The notes under the pieces were generated by a model that was given only the letters and a program-made list of their open reading frames with translations, ran no database searches and was not told the origin of the DNA. Made by a program: the position numbers and the translations under genes. A DNA stretch of 63,779 nucleotides, counting the filler, from Octopus bimaculoides (Eukaryota): assembly GCF_001194135.2 (NCBI RefSeq). It is 4 parts of 4 records of this genome, joined end to end, with 100 filler letters (N's around TTAATTAATTAA, not from the genome) between each part and the next. Parts side by side here need not be neighbours in the genome. Positions count along the whole stretch, not along the records: positions 42,256 to 59,271 come from NC_068994.1; positions 59,372 to 63,779 come from NC_068983.1; 2 more parts are not named here. One strand, written 5' to 3'. Shown one piece after another: positions 51,480-63,779 of this stretch (position 1 is the first letter of the stretch; each line of letters opens with the position of its first letter).

Positions 51480-54400
51480 TACCCCACAACTGGGATATTC
51501 CAAAAGATGGCCATCCATGCTCGTCATGAAATAACCAAAAGAAAAAAAAATGATACATGGTCAAGGGAAGATAATAAAGAAGTTCTTACGGCATTCTACC
51601 ACGTCATATATTTCCCCCAAAATAAATCTTATACTGTACAAACCTACTTAAACTGGAGACAGAAACACCTTGAAGTAAGACCTTACATAGACAGTAACAA
51701 ACTTGTCAACGTCAGAAAAAACATTATGAGAAAGAAATTATTAACTGAAGTAGAGATTGACCAAATTAAACAATCAGTAAGGGATAAAATGGACAAAGAT
51801 GCACCTAAATAAGATACTACAGAGGAAATAATAATAGACCAGCCCAGGACTGATGAAAATACAGTAATGAGTGAAAGAGTTAATGTAACTGATAGGCAAA
51901 GTGAAATACTCTCTGAACCAACCATAAACATTAAGGCAGATGAAAATCAAATACATTAAGAAACTCACACAGAAATTGACCCAACAGAACTACATGATCT
52001 AAAAAATTCAAATCATGATTGAATGGCTGAAAATTAAAAACAAAACAGTATGAATGAACGCGATACTTTCCCAAAACTTCGCAATTCCAACCAAAACCTT
52101 AAAATAATTGATAAAATTCGCCTTGCACTTAAGGATATAATTTCAGCTAATGATGTTAATATTACAGATCTCAAACATCTGTACTATGCATCCACAAATA
52201 TCTCAATGATTCTATGCTGTGAAAAGATTAGAAAACGACAACATTCTCACAAAAAGCCTTCTTGGCAAGAGAGTATTCAACGCCAAATTAAGCTACTTAA
52301 GTCTGACATAGAATGTTTAAAACACCTTAAGTTTGACAAGACTATCAAACCTACAAAAATCCGAAAATTAAAGAAAAAATAAATGAAACCATATTTGACA
52401 TTGATACCACCATAGAAACCATCAAGCAAAAGGTATGTGCTAAAGCTGCCCGCAAAGCAAGGTTTGAAAAATGCGTTATATTCTTCAAGGACAATAACAT
52501 ATTCAAAAATAACCCCTAAAATTTTTACTGGAAGATAAGGAAATTACCAGTTACAGTAAAGTCTGTCCCATCAAAAGAAGAAGTGGAGGAATTTTGAAAT
52601 ACAATTTGGGCAGAAGAAAAAACACAATAAAAAGGCCCCTTGGATTGATAGAATATCTAGACTTAGACTCCTTGGAAGAGCAAACGTGAGAGGGTGTCAA
52701 GGTAGAAGATATAAGATCTGCTCTCAGGAAGTCAAGCAAATGGAAGTCCCCAGGAAAGGATAAAATTACTTCTGGTTGAATGTTTTCCCAGAGAGTCATG
52801 AACTGCTAACAAAACTTTACAAAACAATGTTTTGCAACATCCTCGTATGATTCCCTACTTCCAAAAAATGAAGGAACAAATGAACCAAAAAATTATCGAC
52901 CCATAACCTGCTTACAATAATGTGTAAAACGCTAACATCTGTCCTGAATGAATATACCTATAGTTTTTTAATAGAAAGTAGCATATTCCTTAATGAGCAA
53001 AAAGGATGTAAGCATTGATCCTATGGTTGTAAAGATCAGCTACTCATCAATAAGATGATCTCAGAAGATTGTCACAAACGACACAAAAACTTGACAATAG
53101 CCTGGATAGACTATGAAAAAGCTTTTGATAGCCTACCACAGAGCTGGATTAAGAAATGTCCTACTCTGCGAAACTTTCCGTCTGTAAGTATGAGACCATA
53201 GAGAGCCAAACTGACTTTGAACAGTGACAATGAATCTCTAAATGCTGGAGATGCAAGAATTTCATGTAGCATTTTCCAGGGTGACTCACTATCACCACTC
53301 CTCTTTTGTCTAGCCTTAATACCTCTCTTGAAATTGCTCAATGATGTACAGTACTGTTATAAAATGTTTGATAAAAATATAAATCATCTCATTTATATGG
53401 ATAATTTAAAGCTCTTTACATAAAATGACCAACAACTACAAGGCTTACTAGCGATTGCTAAACAATTCAGTGATGACATCAGGATGCAATTTGACCTCGA
53501 TATATGTGAAAAAGCTACCTTTATCAAAGGAAAAATGATAGAAACATCTAACGTTAACCTTGACCAGCAGATTGTCATAAAAGAGAACCAGCGGAGAGCT
53601 ACAAATACCTAGGGGTATTTGAAGGGGACGGAATTAATCATTCAGTGATGAGGGGAAGTATCAGAAGAGAATGTTATCGTAGGATGAGACAAGACTTAAG
53701 ACAGAGTTGAAAGCAAGAAACAGGATCGAAGGGATCAATACTTTAGTCATACCAGTTGTGACTTACAGTTTCAATATCATTAACTGGTCAATTACTGAAA
53801 TATGTAATCTTGACAGAAAAATACAAAAATTGTTGACAATGCATAGAATGCACCACCTTAAGGCAGATATAGAACGACTTTATCTACCAAGAAAAGAGGG
53901 AGGCCGTGGACTTTTACAACTGGCATTAACAATGAAGATTGCCACAACTGGCCTAGACCTGAAAAACTGAGGAAAAATTGACCTGAAAAAATCTGAGGAC
54001 TGGATGTTAAAACTTGTCTCGAAACATGAAAACAAGAAAGCATCATGCTCAGTAACTAAACAGGCAAAGGAATGTATAAGTGAATTCCAAATACAAATTC
54101 CAGAATTTGACGTACTAGAAACAAGCAGAGTAAAAGCTAAGCGTATGAAAACCCGTGCTAAAACTGCTGCCTTAGATGTTCTGACTGATAAATGGCAAGC
54201 AAAACCTCTCAATGGCAAACACCCAAAGAGAGCTAATAATGCCGATGTTGACAAAGCCCTTACCTATTGGCTAATGGCTTCTGGCTTAAAGTCAGAAACA
54301 GAAGGGTTTATCGTAGCAGTTTATCAATGCTTACCTACAAGGAACTACCAGGCCAGCATATTAAAGAACGACAGCTTCCCAACATGTCGTGTATGGCAAC

Positions 54401-55150
54401 AACAAAATGAAACCATTGATCATGTTGTCTCCATGTGCAGTCTTCTTGCGCCTACAGAGTATCTCAGCAAGCATGATAGAGCTGCACAATATATTTACTG
54501 GGTAATTTGCAAAATCCTGGACCTGCACCATGATAAAAAAAAAACTGGTGGTAACACAAACCACCTCCAGCACTTGAAAATGATCACATCTCACTCATCT
54601 GGAACTTCACCATTCAAACTGACACAAAAACAGGAGCGAATAGGCCAGACATTATACTGAAAGACCTCAGACAAAAATCATGCCTCCTCATTGATATGAC
54701 TGTTCGAATCGATATAAACGTATCTATCAAGACCTACCAAAAACTGAGCAAGTATAAAGATCTTGAAATAGAAATTAGCAAAGTGTGGAACCTCAAGACT
54801 AAAACAATACCTGTTGTCATAGGTGCCCTAGGAATGATAGCAAAAGGGACTGATTACTACCTAGCTCAGCTACCAGGAAACCCCAAAATGGCAGAAATTC
54901 ATAAGATAGTGCTCATGAGAACTGCCCATATCCTTCGTAATATACTGTCTATGTAATCTCACATTTTGAAATACATAATTTTCTTAAGATTTCTTAAACA
55001 TTCTCTAGGACAACTCTATATACAAAACCAAATATATGGCACCCTAGGCATAACACCAACATGAACTTCTAACTTGTTGTCTCTTGTGGTCTCTGGATAA
55101 GACTTGGAGCCAATTTGTACAAATGCAAAGCAAAAGTCAAACATAAAATT
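51480..55150 (+). mobile_element. Near full-length degenerate R4/Dong-like RLE retrotransposon
   Basis: N-terminal WSREDNKEVLTAFY..; NYRPITCL; IFQGDSLSPLLFCLAL; HLIYMDNLKLF; CRVWQQQNETIDHVVSMC..HDRAAQYIYW; KLSKYKDLEIEISKVW..IPVVIGALG; 3' UTR then AAT repeats. Confidence 0.92.
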
Positions 55151-55315
55151 ACAATAATAATAATAATAATAGAATGTGAATATTATTGCCACCATCATGG
55201 TGAACAAATTCGTTTCAGTAGATAAAAAAAATTCCATGGACTTTTCTTGATTCTCATCAGTTGATTTTATTTTATAAATCTGCGGTTTATGGTTTCTTTT
55301 TGATGATGGTGTTGA

Positions 55316-55762
55316 ATGTATGATGATGTTGATGATGAGAATGATGATGATGATGATGATGAGAATGATGATGATGAGAATGATGATGATGAGAATGATG
55401 ATGATGATGATGATGAGAATGATGATGAGAATGATGATGAGAATGATGATGAGAATGATGATGATGAGGAGGAGGAGGAGGAGGAGGAGGCGGAGGAGCA
55501 GGAGGAGCAGGAGGAGCAGGAGCAAGAGCAGGAGGGGCAGGNNNNNNNNNNNNNNNNNNNNNNNNNNNNNNNNNNNNNNNNNNNNNNNNNNNNNNNNNNN
55601 NNNNNNNNNNNNNNNNNNNNNNNNNNNNNNNNNNNNNNNNNNNNNNNNNNNNNNNNNNNNNNNNNNNNNNNNNNNNNAGGAGGAGGAGGAGGAGGAGGAA
55701 AGAGGAGGAGGACGACGAGGAGGACGAGGACGAGGAGGAGGAGGAGAAGGAGGAGGAGGAGA
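55316..55762 (+). repeat. Compound (GAT/GAGAAT)n and (GAG)n microsatellite spanning an N gap
   Basis: Gives poly-D/E, poly-M and poly-I/L ORFs only. Confidence 0.95.
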
Positions 55763-55783
55763 TGAATTTAAAATCGAACTCAC

Positions 55784-55935
55784 AACATCAAACAAGTTCC
55801 ACCACAGTTAGATAATGAATTCCTTTCAGTGGGTTTCACTTGGTCTCCATTTCCACATGTACCAAGTATTATTCCAAGAAATTGAAAGAAAGGTATGAGA
55901 ACAGTAAGGCACCCAAAAGGGATAATAACTGCCAT
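55784..55935 (-). CDS. Probable first coding exon with signal peptide (MAVIIPFGCLTVLIPFFQFLGIILG-TCGNGDQVKPTERNSLSNCGGTCLM), absent from the ORF track
   Basis: Strong acceptor gtgattttttatttacag|G immediately before ATG; hydrophobic N-terminus; donor TT|gtgagt; phase 2 matches the 23713 exon. Confidence 0.6.
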
Positions 55936-57941
55936 CCTGTAAATAAAAAATCACATAAAATGAATGTCATTTATCTAACTGTATACATTTATTGTTATTG
56001 ATTCTAAAGAGAAATAACCCTTATTCAATCTAATCGTTTGTATTACCATCCTTGTTTTTGACGTCATTAGTGCCAACCTTGCCTTTTCCTTAGAAAACCT
56101 CAGTGAGGTTAACAGGAGGAACTTGCATGAAGAGTAACTGCTAGTCCATGATATAAACTTTGTCATATCAACACCTAAGGAAAGAGCTTTCCAGGTGAAG
56201 AATTTCGTGTTCAACCATAACCGAAAGGGCTGCACATGGACGATTGTCGTCATTCAGCCTAAAGCACTTGATAGTTTTTGACATTACATGATTTATCAGC
56301 CATTCTGTTGATTCTTACACGGAAGAAGAAAAATCTATATTCATTGTTGTTGCTATCGATGTTTTCAGTTAACAATTACCACCTCGTCTTTTATTTTTCG
56401 GACCCAATTTATCCAAAATGATTCTTTGATGATTTGCGTGAGACTTAGCTGCAATTTCTAACAGATTGAGTGACCATGAAGCAGTGTCCGCCTTCGTTCA
56501 TTGATGGATATTTGCTGAAAATTAGTTAATTAATCTACATCAACCAAAAGCATTCCAGCCATGGCCAGCCTTTTTTCTGTCGAGCACCGTGTCACCAATG
56601 CTACATTTTGCAATGAAGTTTTAGCTATCATCTTTTTTTTTTCTAAAAATGTTTTAGTGAGATCCGAGTGAAATTTAGTTTCTATTTCTAGAAGGCAGAG
56701 TGACGAAGAGTGGGGCCCCTTATTGTATAATTGTTAATTACAAGATCCCCTTGCTTTACAGAAATAATTTGTTCCGGAAAATCTGGCCGTAACGTGAAGT
56801 CTCGCGATGCGACATTAATTTTCGTATTGATTTTCATGTTATCAATTGAGATTACGTTCCTACAGACTTTTTCGGAAAAAAAAGAAGCACAAAAACATAA
56901 GCAACGTGATCAGATGATATAGAAGAAAATAATTTCTAAACATAGTGTAATATAAATGCATAAACAATAGGAATACGTTAGGGAATTAATTTGAATCGTA
57001 ATATCGCGCGTTCTTACCACAAAAGATATTGACTACTGTTTGAGAGGTGGTAGTGGAATGAGCGTTGCAAGAAGGATAAAGGACAATATTTACTATCTTC
57101 ATTATCACCAGTATCAGCTGGATGAGTGAAGAAATTATCCAAACTTGTTTGTTATTTATGACACATCATCTCTTTGCACAGTATAGGAACTGAGCTCATT
57201 ATAAACTCATGTTCTTATGCTACGTTCACCTTTTCTTCCTCTTCCTTTGTTTCTTGGCACTTCTTTTCCCTTGCCTACCCACTCTAGGGTCACGAAGGTC
57301 TGCTAGCTGTGAGGCGATTTATGCTACCTCACCACTGACCACAGAACTCCCCAACCACAAACATCATAAATATCCTTATTATTTGATTCCTAGACAATTG
57401 CGAAGTTATCTACAATAACATTTTTTTTACTTTCAGTTGTCGCTGGTGAATATCGCCGGGCGGTCAAATAAATGTTCACCCATCAGACGAAATTCGGTTA
57501 CAGTGGAACTGATTGTACTGACCGACCACGAGCATAGGCCAAGGAAAACCAATCTGCTATATATGGCCCTACATAATTTATCTATGTTGTTTAGTTCCCT
57601 TTTTTCATCTTCTCCTCTTCCTTCTGCGTATCCTTCCTCTTGATTCCCCCACCCCCTCTACATAATCTCTACCCCACTTACTCATCCCATATCCACACTT
57701 CTACTAATTGCTTTTGTATCCTCCCAATATGAGCCAAAAAACAGGGTCTGAAAGACACAATGTGACAGCACATCTTTGATAAAGTCTGATGAAGTGCCTC
57801 TCTAATGTCTAAAACTGAAAACATTACATAAGTGTTTGCGTAAACTGGGGTTACAAACAGAGTTGGTGCAAAAACAACTGAAACTAATTATTACAGATGT
57901 GCTAAAGAATTTTCTTTATCTTTTTATCACTCGTGTATATA

Positions 57942-59196
57942 TTGGGTCATCTCATAAATGATGCTGTTCTTTCAATTGCATGAGCTAAATGTCAGAGGAC
58001 GACAGGATAAACTACCTGCATCTATAAAAGCAGGTGGTAATTTTACCTTGTACTTATCCTTAGCGCAATTTTTGAAGAGTGCAGTTCGATTTTAACAGTT
58101 ATTTTTTCAAATCTATAATAGAAGTGACAAAAGAGTACATTCTGTATATTTTGCTTTATAAGTTCAGTAAAGGCGACAACGTAACGGTGTGAGGAATATT
58201 AATGTAGTATATGGGGATTGGACAATAAGCGTAAGCCAGTGTCAATGGTGGTTCCAGAAATTCCGAGCCGAAAACTACAGCTTAGAAATCGAGCCTCGTC
58301 CTAGAAGATCTGTAAAGCTCGACGAAGGAGTCCTGAAAACCCTGGCGGAAGAAAATTTCATCGTAACTGTTGAGGAACTGGCAGAGAAGCTTGGATTTAG
58401 TCATGCAATCATTCGACACCTGCGTGCCAGTGGAAAAGGCAGCAAATTGAGTCAATGGGTTCCTCACAAACTTTCTGAATCTAATCGCGCACAGTAACTG
58501 AATGTGTGCTCTTCTTTGCTGTCACGTCTCACGAATGAACCTTTTTGGATTGAATACTGACTGGTGACGAGAAATTGGTCCTATATAAAAAATCCCAAGC
58601 ACAGAAGACAGTGAATAGGGGAAGGAGAAACACCGGAACCCCAGGCTAAAGAAGGTCTTCACCCTCGTAAGGTGTTGTTATCTGTTTGGTAGGATATGAA
58701 AGGTTTAGTCTACTTTGAATTTTTAAATCCAAACCAAACGATAAAAAAGACGATCTACTGCGAGTAGCTAGAGCGGCTTAAGTCAGCGCTAGAAGAAAAC
58801 CAACCATCTTTGGTTTCAAGACGAAAGGTGTTCTTCCATCAGGATAGTGCTTGGCCACATATAGCAAGGATGACATTCCAAAGGCTGGAGCAGTTTGAAT
58901 TGAAAACGATGCCCCATCCACCATATTCGATGAGCATTGCCTCATTTTTTCCGCAGTTTTCAAAATCATTTGGACAGGAAAAATATGAATTCTGTAGACG
59001 AGGTCAGAACAGTACTGGAGGAGTATTTTTCGTCACGGACAAGAGAATTTTGGAAGAGGGGCCTTGCAAGCCTACCAGATAGATGGAAGAGCATAATAGA
59101 AAATGAAGGGGAGTATATTTTAGTTTAAAAAAGTACATTATCTTAACTTTCAAAAAACAAGAATTAAAAAAATGTATTATTTATGAGATGACCCAA
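57942..59196 (+). mobile_element. Full-length degenerate mariner (Mos1/SETMAR-like DD34D)
   Basis: TA-flanked TIRs ttgggtcatctcataaat / atttatgagatgacccaa; motifs QWWFQKFR, WVPHKL, TGDEK, FFHQDSAWPH, PHPPYS. Confidence 0.93.
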
Positions 59197-59271
59197 TATA
59201 TATATATATATATATATATATTGGGTCATCTCATAAATAATACAATATATATATATATATATATACTCTTT

Positions 59272-59371
59272 NNNNNNNNNNNNNNNNNNNNNNNNNNNNN
59301 NNNNNNNNNNNNNNNTTAATTAATTAANNNNNNNNNNNNNNNNNNNNNNNNNNNNNNNNNNNNNNNNNNNN
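59272..59371. other. Synthetic scaffold-join spacer
   Basis: 44 N + TTAATTAATTAA + 44 N. Confidence 0.95.
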
Positions 59372-59411
59372 TTTAAAAATAATTAATATATTATTCGTAG
59401 TATTACTACTA

Positions 59412-59448
<37 letters not shown>

Positions 59449-59611
59449 GTTACTCTCTCCAAGTCTTGGAAAGGGATTGAAGATGGCCTGGTTTAACCTC
59501 GCAGACCATTCCTTGATTTCAAAAGAAAGACGGAATCTCCCTCAGGTGTGTGTGTGTGTGTGTGTATGTGTGGATATATAATTGCGTTTTTGCATATAAG
59601 CGAAGAACTAT

Positions 59612-59647
<36 letters not shown>

Positions 59648-60431
59648 AAATAATTGTTGAAGATGGTGATGATGTTAACTCTTGACCAAATAGGTCAAAT
59701 TAAGGAGGGTATAGATAGATCGTACGTGTGTATGTTTAAAATGTATATATATTATATATACACCATATAAATATATAATATATCTGTGTGTGAGTGTGTG
59801 TGTGTGTGTGTTCAGAAGTAGTTACAGTTAAAGATGTGGTTCTGTTTGTATTAAGTCAAATGTGGCGATGATGATGATGGTGATGGTGGTGGTAGAGGTG
59901 ATCGTTCTAGTGTTGTTGTTGTTGTTGTTGTTGGTGGTGGTGGTAGTGGTGCTGGAGGAGGTACAATGTCGAAAAATCGACTGGAACTTTTATCTTTCTT
60001 CTCTTTCTGTGGTCTGAAACTTCACCGATCTCTTCATTCAACCACATTGAGTATAATTATTGTTGTTGTGACTGCAGCGCTATGGCTAAATACTAGTAAA
60101 ATTAATAATAATAAAAACAGCTACAATAGCAGCAGCAGTGGTGGTGGTGGTGGTGGTGGTGGTGGTGGCGATGGTATGGAAGCCTGTACATTTGTCTGCG
60201 TGAATCACACCACTGTTTATCATCATCACCATCATTATCATCAGCATCAATATAAACAGCACTCCAATAATGATGATGTCACTGGTAGTTGTAGTAGTAC
60301 TAGTGGTGGTGGTGGTGGTGGTGATACCATTTAGCCAAGATACCAGTGGAATGGTGGTGGTGATAGCTAGAATACGTTTGGCTGCAAGATTACCATTGTC
60401 TGTTGCAACAGTATATATAGCAGATCATTGT

Positions 60432-60489
<58 letters not shown>

Positions 60490-62846
60490 GGGAGAATATA
60501 TGTATATACGAAGAGAGAGTATATGTGTATGTAGGTAGAGAGAGTGTATATATGCGTATATGTAGAGAGTGAGAGAGAGGGATGTATGTGTTTATGTATG
60601 TAATGTACTTATAAGCTATTTGCTTTGCCCTGTCAAAGACAGCTAAGATCCTACAAGAAACTATTATTATTATTTCCCATTTACAAGTGCGTATGAGACA
60701 AAAAATGATAGGACTACAATTATGTATGTATATAATTATATAGAGAGAGTATGCGGCTAATAGATGTGCGTGTATATATTATATATGGAGAGATAAACAG
60801 ATTTCTATGTGTATCAGAGATCGGCCTTTGTTCAGTATATAACATGTATATATATATATATATAAATATATTTGCGTGTATATGTGTGTGCGCTCAGCTG
60901 TTGCTGGTGTTTGTATATATTAATGAGTGTGTTGACACCAGATCGGTCAAGTGCTGTGTTTACGTATTGCTGTTGTATACATTATATACACAAGCCACAA
61001 CAACGATGATGATGATGATGATGATGATGATAATAAAGCTGTTGTTGTTGTTGTTGTTGTGGTGGTGGTGGTAGTTATATGTTGTTTTTCTTGATCTGTT
61101 TTGATTAAATAGTAATTAGCGCTGTTTTTGTTGACAATTATGATAATCTCTCTCTCTTTATATANNNNNNNNNNATATATACGACACAAACCCTAAGTAA
61201 GAATGATCGGGAAAACAAAACGTGGAATAAAAGGGCTGATACGGAACAAGGAAGTGGGATGATCTAGAAGGGATGGCAGCAAAATTACCTAGGGACTCCT
61301 TTCTGGCATGCTAATCAAGCAAATCAAAACACACACACACACACGTATATAACAAAATATATGTGTATGTATGAATGTATATATAAATATATAAATGCCT
61401 ATATATTTATGTGTGGCTATATATGTATGTAGATGTCTAGATGCGTGTTTGTATTATGAACGTATATATATATATATTTAAAGGTTTGAAGGTATATACG
61501 TATTTATGAATGTATATATATATAAATAAATATATATATATATGTAGGAATATATAAATGTATGTATGAAGCTATTTATAAATGAATATATATATACGAT
61601 TATATTAATTGATAATACCAAATACAGCAGGTGCTCCTAAAATCCAAGCAGATAGACAGATCTACCCTGTTACGACTACTAATTTCTACATCTATTGCTG
61701 TTGCACAGCTTCTGTCTTAGATGTAACGTTCCATCATGTCATACAACACAGTTGTTGCTCCTTCTTCAGTTTCCATAAAGGGTGGAATTGGTAAAAGAGA
61801 GATGCGGAAAGCAGAGCCATTTGGCATCATCGTCTAAGACGGTTCCATACTGTCAATGTAAAGCCTGTGTGACTGTAGAGAGAGACAGAAATGTGATTGT
61901 AAGTCCTTGTATTATCTTTTTTTTCCACCGATTTCTTGTCTCGATTTGTCCTCTTTGATAATATTGTTTTACAACAATCAACATTAAATGAAGTAAAGCC
62001 AAAGGCGGAGTGATACTTCACACTCTCACTCACTCTCTCTCTCTCTCTATGTCTTGCACTTTCACTCAGTTGTTTGTTTGGTATCTCTCTCTTTGTCCCC
62101 CCACTCTTTACCTTTCTTACTATCTTTCTCACTGCTACTCTCAGTTCCACTCTTTCACTCTCTTTCTTTTTCACTGGTACCCTCTTATTCTGTCAAGCTC
62201 TATCTCTCACCGCTACTCTTTTATACTTTCTCTCACTCTTACTCTTACTCACTCAGCCACACTTCAATTTTCTCGGTCAATCTCTCTCTTTCTCTCTTAC
62301 TCAACCTTCTCATTCATTCTGCTATTCGTTCGTGACTCTTTCTCTCTATCAGTCTTTCTTTTCTTATTTCAACACTCACCCTGTGCAACACTTGCACGCT
62401 GTCTATTTTTCACGCTCTCCCCTCCCTCTCATTATGCTGTTTGTTTGGCGAGTCTATCTCTCTCTCTTTCTCTTTTCCACTCACTCTATATTTATTTTGT
62501 CAGTCGCTCCCTCTCTCTCTCTTTCACTAACTATCCCCCCTCTCATTAGCTCACTCAATTTCTTGGTAAGTCTCACTCTATCCCCCTCTCACTATAATTA
62601 TCCATCTCTCTCCCTCACTCACTATAATTATCCATCTCTCTCTCTCCCACTACTACTCTTTCACTGATCTTCTGCGCGTTCAATGAATGCATGAGTGTGT
62701 GTATGCAGATGTATGCACTGTACTTGTGTATATGAGAATGCATTTATATGCATATGCGAGTGCGATATCCATGTGTGTGTATGTCAATGTGCATGTGCAT
62801 GGTGTCAATATGTGCATAAGTACAACACCTAGTGTGTATGTATGTA

Positions 62847-62887
<41 letters not shown>

Positions 62888-63019
62888 CACACATATGTGC
62901 CTAAGTTTGCATTTTACAAATTAATTTATTAAATAGAAGTAATTCAAACATTTAAATATAATTTGCAGCGTGTAGTTATATTGCATATAAACACACGAGT
63001 GTGTGCGGGCGTATGTATG

Positions 63020-63054
<35 letters not shown>

Positions 63055-63445
63055 TTGTATGTGTAAGTCTGTAGATATGTATATGTATATATATTTTTTG
63101 TGTGTGTATTTACATTTCTATGTGTGTGTATATGTGTATGTTTATATATGTATGCGTACGTGCCGCATCACACCCTCACATACAAAAGAGGAAGCTCAAT
63201 GCAGAAAATAGTTCCTCAGCTTCTTTTAACCGGAAATGACTTCAGATTCACTTCTGCATCAATTAATCTCCTCCCCCTTCCCGTTCATTGCCTTTCACTC
63301 TTCCTCTCTTGTGCTTTGTCTTTCTATTATCCCTCTCTGTATTACTCTTGTTCTATCTTTCTCCCTCTCTCTTTATTGGTTATTCTTTTACTCACTATGT
63401 AACTATTTCTTTCTGTCTTTATCTCTTACTCTTTCTCTCTCTCTC

Positions 63446-63487
<42 letters not shown>

Positions 63488-63555
63488 TAAAGATAGTATA
63501 TATAAATTTCTATAAGCATATATACATATAATAATATATAACACATGATATGATA

Positions 63556-63742
63556 TGGTTGTGTGATAAAAAAAATTGCTTCACAACCACATGGTTCTGA
63601 GTTCGGTCCCTGTACCTGGCACCTTGGACAAGCGTCTTCTATAGTCTTGGTCCAGTCAGAGCCTTGTGAGTGAATTTGGTAGATGGAAACTGAAAGAAAA
63701 GAAGCCTACTATATATAAATATATATGTATGTATGTGTATAC

Positions 63743-63779
<37 letters not shown>
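63556..63779 (+). mobile_element. SINE family A 5' half running off the window
   Basis: atggttgtgtgata...caaccacatggttctgagttcggtccc...gccttgtgagtgaatttggtagatggaaactgaaag. Confidence 0.85.

Noticed and set aside
55975-56253. 92-aa minus-strand ORF just upstream of the signal-peptide exon
   Set aside because: No recognisable domain, and it ends in stops before the 55936 acceptor; treated as intron or possible UTR
57783-57830. ctgatgaag...ctgaaaac as a hammerhead ribozyme
   Set aside because: No helix II or flanking helices can be drawn
62010-62667. Hydrophobic Leu/Ser/Phe ORFs that mimic membrane proteins (also 20279-20604)
   Set aside because: Translations of CT/GA-rich low-complexity DNA

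Overview
AT-rich, repeat-dense animal genomic DNA that looks like Octopus (inferred from the SINE families and microsatellite load), taken from a gapped scaffold. Two genes converge. On + are the probable last two coding exons of an unidentified gene (1375-1433 and 4673-4727, peptide ...KVKLIDPETYTFLTSVFHARCYDEQTGGDPLLFYNIR*). On - is a secreted CCP/Sushi-domain gene whose last two modules resemble the C-terminal CCP pair of the LEV-9/Hig/Hasp cholinergic-synapse proteins. For this gene I reconstruct a phase-consistent 4-exon model (55784-55935, 23646-23713, 23289-23462, 19390-19664) of about 222 aa: signal peptide, short Cys-rich linker, two CCP modules. The 32-kb intron crosses two synthetic scaffold joins, so exons may be missing. 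The introns are filled with mariner/maT, hAT, piggyBac-like and foldback MITEs, CR1, RTE and Tx1 LINEs, tRNA-derived SINEs, and a head-to-tail cluster of R4/Dong-like RLE retrotransposons sitting in (AAT)n. The least explained segment is 36.4-37.2 kb: a ~165-bp near-perfect palindrome next to a canonical-fold tRNA-Thr(UGU)-like pseudogene. There is no CRISPR array, rRNA or prokaryotic operon. Most entries in the ORF track are microsatellite or N-gap artefacts.
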